Source: an uncultured Planctomycetota bacterium
Lineage (GTDB): Bacteria > Planctomycetota > Planctomycetia > Isosphaerales > Isosphaeraceae
Direction of reading: 5' to 3'
Length of the DNA stretch: 64,000 nucleotides
Assembly (NCBI GenBank): GCA_963845755.1
Contig: CAWJTV010000047.1
Location: 1-64,000, forward strand
The position numbers and the translations under genes are program-made. Below, one piece after another: positions 10,176 to 20,443 of this stretch (the first letter of the stretch is position 1; the number at the start of each line of letters is the position of its first letter). Below the pieces are notes generated by a model. The model was given only the letters and a program-made list of their open reading frames with translations. It was not told where the DNA came from and made no database searches.

Positions 10176-10390
10176 ACCATCAGCTCGAACGGCTCGCGGG
10201 TCACGGCTTGACCCCGCAGCGACTCCTCGGCGAGTTCACGATTGCTCTCGATGACCAGAGTGACGGCCTCGCGGAGGTTCTCTCGGGCCTCCTCGAGCGT
10301 CGCACCCTGAGTATTGGCCCCGGGCAGCTCCTCGACGAAGGCGACGTAGCCTCCTTCCGGCACCTGGACGAAGACGGCGGTCAATTGCAT
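10172..10390 (-). CDS. hicB: HicB-family antitoxin
   Basis: YVAFVEELPGANTQGATLEEARENLREA; promoter-like TTGTCA-17-CATGAT at 10473-10445. Confidence 0.9.
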   Translation of the reverse strand: MQLTAVFVQVPEGGYVAFVEELPGANTQGATLEEARENLREAVTLVIESNRELAEESLRGQAVTREPFELMV

Positions 10391-10483
10391 TCGGCCCTCC
10401 CGGCCTCGCATGGCGTTGGTTCGGCTGCAGCGAGACCTGCTACCATCATGTCCTCACCGCGCGACGATGACAACAGCGTGGCG

Positions 10484-12898
10484 GTCGGGTAAGGAGGTGA
10501 GGTTGCCCTCACCCCCTCCCCTCAGAACCGTACGTGCGCCTTGCGACGCATACGGCTCAAGCCTTCTCGAACGCCCCTCGCGGGACACAGCCCAGTCCGC
10601 CAGCCTTCCTCTTGCCGTGGATCTGCCGATGGCAGTGGGCGTGCAACAACTCCAAGTTGTCGTACGTCTCACCGCCGCCTCGATTGCGCCAGATCCGATG
10701 ATGAATGTGCCAGGGTTCGTCTTCGGCCTGAAGAGGCTGCCCGCACATCACACATCGACCCCCTTGTCCCTTCCAGAGATACTCGATCCGGCCTCGACCT
10801 GCCAGGGTGTGCGTCAGCTTCCAGGCCGACCTCTCCTCCAGGTAGAGTTCCCACTCCGGATCGTAGGGGTTGGCCGCACTCCGGATCTTCCTCCACCGCA
10901 GGACCTTGACCCCGGCCGCTTTCATCAGCCGGATCGGTCGCGCCGAGCCCGTGCTGTCACGGATTGTGCCCGTGAAGACCCAGTCTCGGTGGCCCTCGCG
11001 CTGGAAGTATTTCCTCTTGATCCACTTCCAGTTCTTCTCGGGATGGCGTCGGCGACACCATCTCATCAGCTTCCGGAAGATCCGATCGTCCACCGCATGG
11101 AAGATGCGCTTACTGACCGCATAACGGTGGTACATGGTCCAGCCCTTGATCTGTTGATTCAAGCGCCGGATCAAGTCGCCCGCCGTCTTGCCGCCCGAGT
11201 CGTCGATCGTCGCCTGGATCTTGGCCAGGAACGTCTTGATGCTCCGCTTCGATGGCTTGATCAAGACCTTGCCATTAGCGGAAGCGTCGCACCGTCTGTC
11301 CCAGGAAATCGAAGCCGTCCTCGAGATGCGTGATCCTGGTCTTCTCGTGGGAGAGTTCGAGACCCCGCTTTCGTAAGAAGTGTTCCACGAGGGGCTGGAC
11401 TTCACCTCGCAGGAGGACCCTTGATGTGCCGGTAATGATGAAGTCATCCGCATATCGGACCAGATGGACCTTGCCTCCCGCACGCCGTCGGCGTGTGTTG
11501 CTGAAGCGCCGCTCCAGCAACTCTTGCAACCCATCCAGGGCCCGGTTCGCCAGCGCGGGGGAGACGATCCCCCCTTGAGGTGTGCCTTCCGTGGTGGCGA
11601 ACAGGACGTGCTTCTCCAGGAACCCGGCCTTCAGCCACTTCCGGAGCACCTCCTTGTCCATGGGGATATGGTCGAGCAACCAACGATGGCTGATCCGATC
11701 AAAGCAGGCTTTGATATCCCCCTCCAAGATCCAGCTCGGACCGGGCGGACCCCTGAGGATCTTGTGACACTCATCCAGGGCATCGGCACAGCAGCGTTCC
11801 AGTCGAAAGCCGTAGGAATGGCCGTCGGCGAGGGTCTCCGCGATGGGATCGAGGCCCAGCAGGTAGAGGGCCTGCATGGCTCGATCGGCCATGGTGGGAA
11901 TCCCTAAACCACGTCGCTGGCCGTTGCTCTTGGGAATGTAAACCCTGCGGAGCGGTTGCGGCCGATAGCCGTGCCGACGCAGGGTGCTGAAGGCCGCCGA
12001 CTTGACCTCCGGCGTGTTCCAGAGGATTCCGTCCACGCCGGGGGTCTGCGCACCCGAATTACTGACGACTCGCAAGATGGCCAGAGCCCGGCCACTGTAC
12101 GAGTGGGTGAGCAGGTAGACCAGGGCTTTGACTTTGTTCCACCTGCCCTCCCGGACTGCCTTCACGATACGCGCCTGGAGCCGACGGACCGTGCGATAGA
12201 CCTTCTTCCAGTAGATGGAATTCCAGTCGGGCGCATGGCCGGGGAGCCGCACCAGCAGGCGTTGCCGCCTGTGACATATCTGCTTTGCCCCCTGAGTCAG
12301 TTGGCCAAGGTTCTCTCGTGACGGAAGACCCGGGGGAAGTCGGCTCCCTTTCGGGCGGGGTGATGTCGCCTGTCGGCTCAACCCCTATCCGACCGGTTAG
12401 TGGCCGGCGTTCGCTTCCTCCCTCGTCCTGTACCCGCCGCCCCATGGGCTCCTCTTGCGAGTCGCCTACCCTCGCGGGGAGGACGACGGGCTTACCACGT
12501 TCCGACGATGTGCCAAGGTGGGGAGGGTCGCCGCTCTTCGCCGGTGGTACGGCATCTGCGCCGGGGGAGTTAGGAGCCCCCGGACCTGACCACGTGCCCT
12601 TTTGGCCCAAGCGTGACAGCATCTTCCGCTTGTTCTCAGTAACGACGTTTATCGCGGCTTCACTTTACGTTGACCCGTCCACCCGATCCTGGTCCCCGAC
12701 CGCGTTGATGCTGGCAGTCGCGGCGTCGGCTCGCGCCTCGGCCGCCCTCCCGAGGGAGGAGGATACGTTGTGCCGGGGGCTTGGCACCCCTCCGTTGCCG
12801 GAGGCGCACTTCCCGGTGGGATACTGCTGGCAGAACAGCAGGTGCTGTCGCCCTCTCCGAGGTCGCAGCACAGTCACATCGGCGACTTCGTGTCGCAC
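10484..12898 (-). mobile_element. Group II intron copy B (slightly diverged)
   Basis: Same ends and RNA domains as copy A. Confidence 0.95.
10557..12277 (-). CDS. ltrA: Group II intron RT/maturase/HNH, copy B (frameshifts near 12245 and 11280)
   Basis: ATG at 12277; RT and HNH motifs. Confidence 0.88.
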
Positions 12899-12958
12899 CC
12901 TAACGCCCAAGATCAGCGGCCCGCCGACAGGCGGGTCCGCTGCATCGCCTCGTTAGAC
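12899..12958 (-). other. attC site 6 (intron B in R')
   Basis: GTCTAAC...GTTAGG|intron|C. Confidence 0.9.
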
Positions 12959-12968
12959 CGCCCTTGCC

Positions 12969-13154
12969 TCACGGGTCGGGGACACCGAGCTGACGGCAGA
13001 TGGCCCGGGCGGTCGGGTTGGCGATCTCACGGTGCCGGGGCACGGCCGACCGCCGGCCATTCGCCGGGTTCTCCCAGATGGAGTGGTCCGACCCTTCCCG
13101 GGCCAGCACGCAGCCGTGGGATCGCAGGTGTCGGATCAGGTCCCGCCGGCTCAC
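12969..13154 (-). CDS. hicA: HicA-family toxin
   Basis: REGSDHSIW...VPRHREI...ICRQLG. Confidence 0.9.
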   Translation of the reverse strand: MSRRDLIRHLRSHGCVLAREGSDHSIWENPANGRRSAVPRHREIANPTARAICRQLGVPDP

Positions 13155-13438
13155 GGCACGACCACCCCGGCCGGCCGCACTTCGACGCCCGTGCTCGCCC
13201 GCAGGTGCAGGTGGATCGGCTCCTCAACGTCCGCGTCCGGGTCGGAGAGCGACGGGTCGGGGCGGGGCAGCGGCTCCCCGCGCTCAAGGGCCAACGCCGC
13301 CATGTCGAGCAGGGCGGAGGCGAGCAACCGCCGGGCCTCGGCCAAGTCCGAACCGCAGGTGATCGCCCCCGGGAAGTCCAGGACGTGGGCATGTACCCCG
13401 CCCTCGACGAACTGGTAGGCCGCCTTGTACGTGAGCAT
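13151..13438 (-). CDS. hicB: HicB-family antitoxin
   Basis: MLTYKAAY...DFPGAITCGSDLAEA; promoter-like TTGCTG-17-TAGCAT at 13501-13473. Confidence 0.85.
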   Translation of the reverse strand: MLTYKAAYQFVEGGVHAHVLDFPGAITCGSDLAEARRLLASALLDMAALALERGEPLPRPDPSLSDPDADVEEPIHLHLRASTGVEVRPAGVVVP

Positions 13439-14502
13439 CGGGATGGCCTCGGCCTGACGGAACCACTCCCCTATGCTACACAGTCCGCGGCAGTGCAGCA
13501 ACTCGTCGATCGGCTTCCGGGCTTCCGGCTCACTGCTCGCTGGGTCGGGTAAGGAGGTGAGGTTGCCCTCACCCCCTCCCCTCAGAACCGTACGTGCGCC
13601 TTGCGACGCATACGGCTCAAGCCTTCTCGAACGCCCCTCGCGGGACACAGCCCAGTCCGCCAGCCTTCCTCTTGCCGTGGATCTGCCGATGGCAGTGGGC
13701 GTGCAACAACTCCAAGTTGTCGTACGTCTCACCGCCGCCTCGATTGCGCCAGATCCGATGATGAATGTGCCAGGGTTCGTCTTCGGCCTGAAGAGGCTGC
13801 CCGCACATCACACATCGACCCCCTTGTCCCTTCCAGAGATACTCGATCCGGCCTCGACCTGCCAGGGTGTGCGTCAGCTTCCAGGCCGACCTCTCCTCCA
13901 GGTAGAGCTCCCACTCCGGATCGTAGGGGTTGGTCGCACTCCGGATCTTCCTCCACCGCAGGACCTTGACCCCGGCCGCTTTCATCAGCCGGATCCGTCG
14001 CGCCGAGCCCGTGCTGTCACGGATTGTGCCCGTGAAGACCCAGTCTCGGTGGCCCTCGCGCTGGAAGTATTTCCTCTTGATCCACTTCCAGTTCTTCTCG
14101 GGATGGCGTCGGCGACACCATCTCATCAGCTTCCGGAAGATCCGATCGTCCACCGCATGGAAGATGCGCTTACTGACCGCATAACGGTGGTACATGGTCC
14201 AGCCCTTGATCTGTTGATTCAAGCGCCGGATTAAGTCGCCCGCCGTCTTGCCGCCCGAGTCGTCGATCGTCGCCTGGATCTTGGCCAGGAACGTCTTGAT
14301 GCTCCGCTTCGATGGCTTGATCAAGACCTTGCCATTAGGGAAGCGTCGCACCGCCTGTCCCAGGAAATCGAAGCCGTCCTCAAGATGGGTGATCCTGGTC
14401 TTCTCGTGGGAGAGTTCGAGACCCCGCTTTCGTAAGAAGTGTTCCACGAGGGGCTGGACTTCACCTCGCAGGAGGACCCTTGATGTGCCGGTAATGATGA
14501 AG

Positions 14503-16265
14503 TCATCCGCATATCGGACCAGATGGACCTTGCCTCCCGCACGCCGTCGGCGTGTGTTGCTCAAAGCGCCGCTCCAGCAACTCTTGCAACCCATCCAGGG
14601 CCCGGTTCGCCAGCGCGGGGAGATCACGCCCCCAACAATGTTGCAAAGAACCCTGTTGGGGGCCTCCCTCAAAAGGGGACGGACTGATCCGATACACGAT
14701 GCGGACCTCCTGCTCGTCGATCTCGACCTTCTTCACCAAAGCCCGAACGATCGCCCGTCGCGTGGCCCAGTCCGGCTCTTGCAACTCGTGGGAAACGCGT
14801 CTCGCGAACTCCTCCAACTGGCCGATCACCAGCCGCAGTTCGGCTTCCTGGTTGGCCTCGTCAATCTGCTGCCGACACTCATCCTCCAGTTTGGCCAGGC
14901 GCTGCGCGCTGCCAAGATCCTCGGCTCGAACTCCGACTTGTTAAGTAATCCCTCGCCGTAGGCATCGATCAATCGAGCGATCATCTTTTTTAGATTCGCA
15001 ATCAATTTGTTGAGATGCTTCACCTCGCGGTCTGGGCCTGTCTCCGGCCCGTGCAGCCGCCGTTCGTACTCCACTCGAACCCGTTCGGGCTCGGACAAGA
15101 GATGACGCACATCTTCCCAGACGGCGGCGTCCAAGACATCCGTGCGGACCTGCTTGTTCCAACACAGTCGCTGGCCACCGAAACGATAGGCGTCGGAGCC
15201 GGTGCAGCGGTAGTAGGCGTAGGGGACCTTCCCCTTGGCCGAGGCCCGGCTCACCGGCTTGCCGTAGCAGCCGTAGCCGCACCGTTTGCAGACAACTAAC
15301 CCCTGGAGGAGATAGCGGTCGCCACGGAGCCGTTCGCGCCGGCGTTGCCGGTTCTCCTCGATTTGAGCTTGAACCATCCCGAAGAGTTCCTCGCTCACCA
15401 AACCGGGGACATCGATGAAGATTTGTTCTTGCGTGGATGTATCGACCCGAGAGACAGGACGCCGGGGCTGCTCAGGACGGCCGCGTTGCGGCGCAGCCGC
15501 TTCGGCTTGAGGGCGCCCGCCGCGTCTTGCCGAAACCGGCCGTCCCCTTGTAGGCAGGGTTCCTGAGATACGACCAGATCACCGAGCGGTCCCAGGCCGA
15601 TTTGCCCGTCCGCGTGGGGACGCCGTCGCGTTGCAGACGTCGGCAAACCTCACCGATCGAGCATCGTTCCTGGCCGACCCACCCGAAGATCTTCCGCACG
15701 ATCCGCGCCTCGTCGGCCACGACCTGATAACGCGCCGCGCCGCCGCCCTCATGCTTGCCGATGTAGCGGTAGCCATACGGCGCACCGCTGAGCACGTTGA
15801 CCGAGCCGTGGCGGGCGGCGTACTGCTTGCCTCGGCGACACCGCTCCATGATCTTGGCACGCTCGTATTCAGCGATCATGCCCTGGACCTGCACAAGCAG
15901 GTTCTCTTCGGGTCCGTGACCCGGGGATTGCGCAGGAAGACGACCTCAACGCCGCACCGGGCCAGTTCCTCGAGTATCAAAACCTGGTAGGCATATTTGC
16001 GCGAAAGTCGATCGGGATCGAGAATGTAGAGGCGATCGATGGTCCCAGCAGCGGCCTGGTCCCGAAGTCGTTCGAGGCCCGGGCGGACCAGGGTATCCCC
16101 GGTGTAGCCATCGTCCACAAAGCACAGCTCGGGGGAGCATACCAAGCCGTCGCTCGCGACGCGCTGCCTGATCGCCTCAAGCTGGCTGGCGATCGTGTCC
16201 TCCTTGGACTGTTGGTCCCCGGAGACCCGGCCATAGGTCCCCACACAGAGATCGTGATTGAGCAT
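14503..16265 (-). CDS. Large serine recombinase (resolvase + recombinase + Zn ribbon + coiled coil), frameshifted
   Basis: YGRVSG, DDGYTG, RPGL, DRLSR, AEYER, APYGY, LRNPAYKG, YLLQGLVVCKRCG, YYRC; four ORF pieces. Confidence 0.88.
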
Positions 16266-16640
16266 GGCTGGTCAAGCTCCTCTGGCCTTTGATCGGAGTC
16301 CCTGCATCGTTGTGGTGGCCTGCTCGTTGTCGTGAGATCGCGATCGCGACCGTTCCAGGTGGCGAGAAACGACCGGGATCAAGGCCTGGTATGCCGGCGC
16401 GATCACCTCATCCTGAAACCGGGTGAACTCGAAATGGCGGGTGACGGGAGGGCTCAGGGCTGACCTCCGTTGAGATGTAATCATGTTGACTCATCCTCTC
16501 CAAGACCGCGGCTGTCAGCCTGCCTTGGACGGGGATCGAGCCCGGGCTGCCATCCTTGCCCATACTTCGGTCGGAGCCGCGATCTGGAAATGACAGAGTC
16601 AGGGATCAGGGACAGTTTTGCAACATTGTTGGGGGCGTGA
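14624..16640 (-). mobile_element. Minimal large-serine-recombinase element, 2017 bp, with perfect 24-bp terminal inverted repeats
   Basis: TCACGCCCCCAACAATGTTGCAAA at 14624-14647 and its reverse complement at 16617-16640; flanks rejoin to the RT sequence seen in the other intron copies. Confidence 0.9.
16272..16484 (-). CDS. Small hypothetical protein upstream of the recombinase
   Basis: 70-aa ORF with GAGGA upstream, ending 7 bp before the recombinase ATG. Confidence 0.5.
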   Translation of the reverse strand: MITSQRRSALSPPVTRHFEFTRFQDEVIAPAYQALIPVVSRHLERSRSRSHDNEQATTTMQGLRSKARGA

Positions 16641-17973
16641 CGATCCCCCCTTGAGGTGTGCCTTCCGTGGTGGCGAACAGGACGTGCTTCTCCAGGAACC
16701 CGGCCTTCAGCCACTTCCGGAGCACCTCCTTGTCCATGGGGATATGGTCGATCAACCAACGATGGCTGATCCGATCAAAGCAGGCTTTGATATCCCCCTC
16801 CAAGATCCAGCTCGGACCGGGCGGACCCCTGAGGATCTTGTGACACTCATCCAGGGCATCGGCACAGCAGCGTTCCAGTCGAAAGCCGTAGGAATGGCCG
16901 TCGGCGAGGGACTCTGCGATGGGATCGAGGCCCAGCAGGTAGAGGGCCTGCATGGCTCGATCGGCCATGGTAGGAATCCCTAAACCACGTCGCTGGCCGT
17001 TGCTCTTGGGAATGTAAACCCTGCGGAGCGGTTGCGGCCGATAGCCGTGCCGACGCAGGGTGCTGAAGGCCGCCGACTTGACCTCCGGCGTGTTCCAGAG
17101 GATTCCGTCCACGCCGGGGGTCCTGCGCACCCGAATTACTGACGACTCGCAAGATGGCCAGAGCCCGGCCACTGTACGAGTGGGTGAGCAGGTAGACCAG
17201 GGCTTTGGCTTTGTTCCACCTGCCCTCCCGGACTGCCTTTACGATACGCGCCTGGAGCCGACGGACCGTGCGCCAGACTTTCTTCCAGGAAATGGAATTC
17301 CAGTCGGGCGCGTGGCCGGGGACCGCACCAACAGGCGTTGCCGCCTGTGCCTTATCTGCTTTGCCCCCTGAGTCAGTTGGCCGAGGTTCTCTCGTAACGG
17401 AAGACCCGGGGGAAGTCGGCTCCCTTTCGGGCGGGGTGATGTCGCCTGTCGGCTCAACCCCTATCCGACCGGTTAGTGGCCGGCGTTCGCTTCCTCCCTC
17501 GTCCTGTACCCGCCGCCCCATGGGCTCCTCTTGCGAGTCGCCTACCCTCGCGGGGAGGACGACGGGCTTACCACGTTCCGCCGATGTGCCAAGTGGGGAG
17601 GGTCGCCGCTCTTCGCCGGTGGTACGGCATCTGCGCCGGGGGAGTTAGGAGCCCCCGGACCTGACCACGTGCCCTTTTGGCCCAAGCGTGACAGCATCTT
17701 CCGCTTGTTCTCAGTAACGACGTTTATCGCGGCTTCACTTTACGTTGACCCGTCCACCCGATCCTGGTCCCCGACCGCGTTGATGCTGGCAGTCGCGGCG
17801 TCGGCTCGCGCTCCGGCCGCCCTCCCGAGGGAGGAGGATACGTTGTGCCGGGGGCTTGGCACCCCTCCGTTGCCGGAGGCGCACTCCCCGGTGGGATACT
17901 GCTGGCAGAACAGCAGGTGCTGTCGCCCTCTCCGAGGTCGCAGCACAGTCACATCGGCGACTTCGTGTCGCAC

Positions 17974-20386
17974 GTCGGGTAAGGAGGTGAGGTTGCCCTC
18001 ACCCCCTCCCCTCAGAACCGTACGTGCGCCTTGCGACGCATACGGCTCAAGCCTTCTCGAACGCCCCTCGCGGGACACAGCCCAGTCCGCCAGCCTTCCT
18101 CTTGCCGTGGATCTGCCGATGGCAGTGGGCGTGCAACAACTCCAAGTTGTCGTACGTCTCACCGCCGCCTCGATTGCGCCAGATCCGATGATGAATGTGC
18201 CAGGGTTCGTCTTCGGCCTGAAGAGGCTGCCCGCACATCACACATCGACCCCCTTGTCCCTTCCAGAGATACTCGATCCGGCCTCGACCTGCCAGGGTGT
18301 GCGTCAGCTTCCAGGCCGACCTCTCCTCCAGGTAGAGCTCCCACTCCGGATCGTAGGGGTTGGCCGCACTCCGGATCTTCCTCCACCGCAGGACCTTGAC
18401 CCCGGCCGCTTTCATCAGCCGGATCCGTCGCGCCGAGCCCGTGCTGTCACGGATTGTGCCCGTGAAGACCCAGTCTCGGTGGCCCTCGCGCTGGAAGTAT
18501 TTCCTCTTGATCCACTTCCAGTTCTTCTCGGGATGGCGTCGGCGACACCATCTCATCAGCTTCCGGAAGATCCGATCGTCCACCGCATGGAAGATGCGCT
18601 TACTGACCGCATAACGGTGGTACATGGTCCAGCCCTTGATCTGTTGATTCAAGCGCCGGATTAAGTCGCCCGCCGTCTTGCCGCCCGAGTCGTCGATCGT
18701 CGCCTGGATCTTGGCCAGGAACGTCTTGATGCTCCGCTTCGATGGCTTGATCAAGACCTTGCCATTAGGGAAGCGTCGCACCGCCTGTCCCAGGAAATCG
18801 AAGCCGTCCTCAAGATGGGTGATCCTGGTCTTCTCGTGGGAGAGTTCGAGACCCCGCTTTCGTAAGAAGTGTTCCACGAGGGGCTGGACTTCACCTCGCA
18901 GGAGGACCCTTGATGTGCCGGTAATGATGAAGTCATCCGCATATCGGACCAGATGGACCTTGCCTCCCGCACGCCGTCGGCGTGTGTTGCTGAAGCGCCG
19001 CTCCAGCAACTCTTGCAACCCATCCAGGGCCCGGTTCGCCAGCGCGGGGGAGACGATCCCCCCTTGAGGTGTGCCTTCCGTGGTGGCGAACAGGACGTGC
19101 TTCTCCAGGAACCCGGCCTTCAGCCACTTCCGGAGCACCTCCTTGTCCATGGGGATATGGTCGATCAACCAACGATGGCTGATCCGATCAAAGCAGGCTT
19201 TGATATCCCCCTCCAAGATCCAGCTCGGACCGGGCGGACCCCTGAGGATCTTGTGACACTCATCCAGGGCATCGGCACAGCAGCGTTCCAGTCGAAAGCC
19301 GTAGGAATGGCCGTCGGCGAGGGACTCTGCGATGGGATCGAGGCCCAGCAGGTAGAGGGCCTGCATGGCTCGATCGGCCATGGTAGGAATCCCTAAACCA
19401 CGTCGCTGGCCGTTGCTCTTGGGAATGTAAACCCTGCGGAGCGGTTGCGGCCGATAGCCGTGCCGACGCAGGGTGCTGAAGGCCGCCGACTTGACCTCCG
19501 GCGTGTTCCAGAGGATTCCGTCCACGCCGGGGGTCCGCGCACCCGAATTACTGACGACTCGCAAGATGGCCAGAGCCCGGCCACTGTACGAGTGGGTGAG
19601 CAGGTAGACCAGGGCTTTGGCTTTGTTCCACCTGCCCTCCCGGACTGCCTTTACGATACGCGCCTGGAGCCGACGGACCGTGCGCCAGACTTTCTTCCAG
19701 GAAATGGAATTCCAGTCGGGCGCGTGGCCGGGGACCGCACCAACAGGCGTTGCCGCCTGTGCCTTATCTGCTTTGCCCCCTGAGTCAGTTGGCCGAGGTT
19801 CTCTCGTAACGGAAGACCCGGGGGAAGTCGGCTCCCTTTCGGGCGGGGTGATGTCGCCTGTCGGCTCAACCCCTATCCGACCGGTTAGTGGCCGGCGTTC
19901 GCTTCCTCCCTCGTCCTGTACCCGCCGCCCCATGGGCTCCTCTTGCGAGTCGCCTACCCTCGCGGGGAGGACGACGGGCTTACCACGTTCCGACGATGTG
20001 CCAAGGTGGGGAGGGTCGCCGCTCTTCGCCGGTGGTACGGCATCTGCGCCAGGGGAGTTAGGAGCCCCCGGACCTGACCACGTGCCCTTTTGGCCCAAGC
20101 GTGACAGCATCTTCCGCTTGTTCTCAGTAACGACGTTTATCGCGGCTTCACTTTACGTTGACCCGTCCACCCGATCCTGGTCCCCGACCGCGTTGATGCT
20201 GGCAGTCGCGGCGTCGGCTCGCGCTCCGGCCGCCCTCCCGAGGGAGGAGGATACGTTGTGCCGGGGGCTTGGCACCCCTCCGTTGCCGGAGGCGCACTCC
20301 CCGGTGGGATACTGCTGGCAGAACAGCAGGTGCTGTCGCCCTCTCCGAGGTCGCAGCACAGTCACATCGGCGACTTCGTGTCGCAC
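17974..20386 (-). mobile_element. Group II intron copy D (uninterrupted), abutting copy C
   Basis: Minus-strand junction ...TTACCCGAC|GTGCGACAC... with no intervening base. Confidence 0.95.
18047..19765 (-). CDS. ltrA: Group II intron RT/maturase/HNH, continuous reading frame
   Basis: Unbroken ORF (open upstream to 20110) with all RT motifs, thumb and HNH; start uncertain. Confidence 0.92.
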   Translation of the reverse strand, partial: KAQAATPVGAVPGHAPDWNSISWKKVWRTVRRLQARIVKAVREGRWNKAKALVYLLTHSYSGRALAILRVVSNSGARTPGVDGILWNTPEVKSAAFSTLRRHGYRPQPLRRVYIPKSNGQRRGLGIPTMADRAMQALYLLGLDPIAESLADGHSYGFRLERCCADALDECHKILRGPPGPSWILEGDIKACFDRISHRWLIDHIPMDKEVLRKWLKAGFLEKHVLFATTEGTPQGGIVSPALANRALDGLQELLERRFSNTRRRRAGGKVHLVRYADDFIITGTSRVLLRGEVQPLVEHFLRKRGLELSHEKTRITHLEDGFDFLGQAVRRFPNGKVLIKPSKRSIKTFLAKIQATIDDSGGKTAGDLIRRLNQQIKGWTMYHRYAVSKRIFHAVDDRIFRKLMRWCRRRHPEKNWKWIKRKYFQREGHRDWVFTGTIRDSTGSARRIRLMKAAGVKVLRWRKIRSAANPYDPEWELYLEERSAWKLTHTLAGRGRIEYLWKGQGGRCVMCGQPLQAEDEPWHIHHRIWRNRGGGETYDNLELLHAHCHRQIHGKRKAGGLGCVPRGAFEKA

Positions 20387-20443
20387 CCTAACGCCCAAAT
20401 TCAGCGGCCCGCGCAGCGGGTCCGCTGCAATGCCTCGTTAGGA
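20387..20443 (-). other. attC site 7 (tandem introns D+C in R')
   Basis: TCCTAAC...GTTAGG|intron D|intron C|C. Confidence 0.9.

Larger units (their letters stand above)
13544..17973 (-). mobile_element. Group II intron copy C, RT gene interrupted by a serine-recombinase element
   Basis: Intron ends intact; RT split inside the PQGGIV|SP motif by the 14624-16640 insertion. Confidence 0.93.

Noticed and set aside
6718..20110. RTs as retron, DGR or CRISPR-associated RTs
   Set aside because: Each is embedded in a full group II intron with a GTGCG 5' end, domains V/VI, an AC 3' end and a thumb/HNH region.
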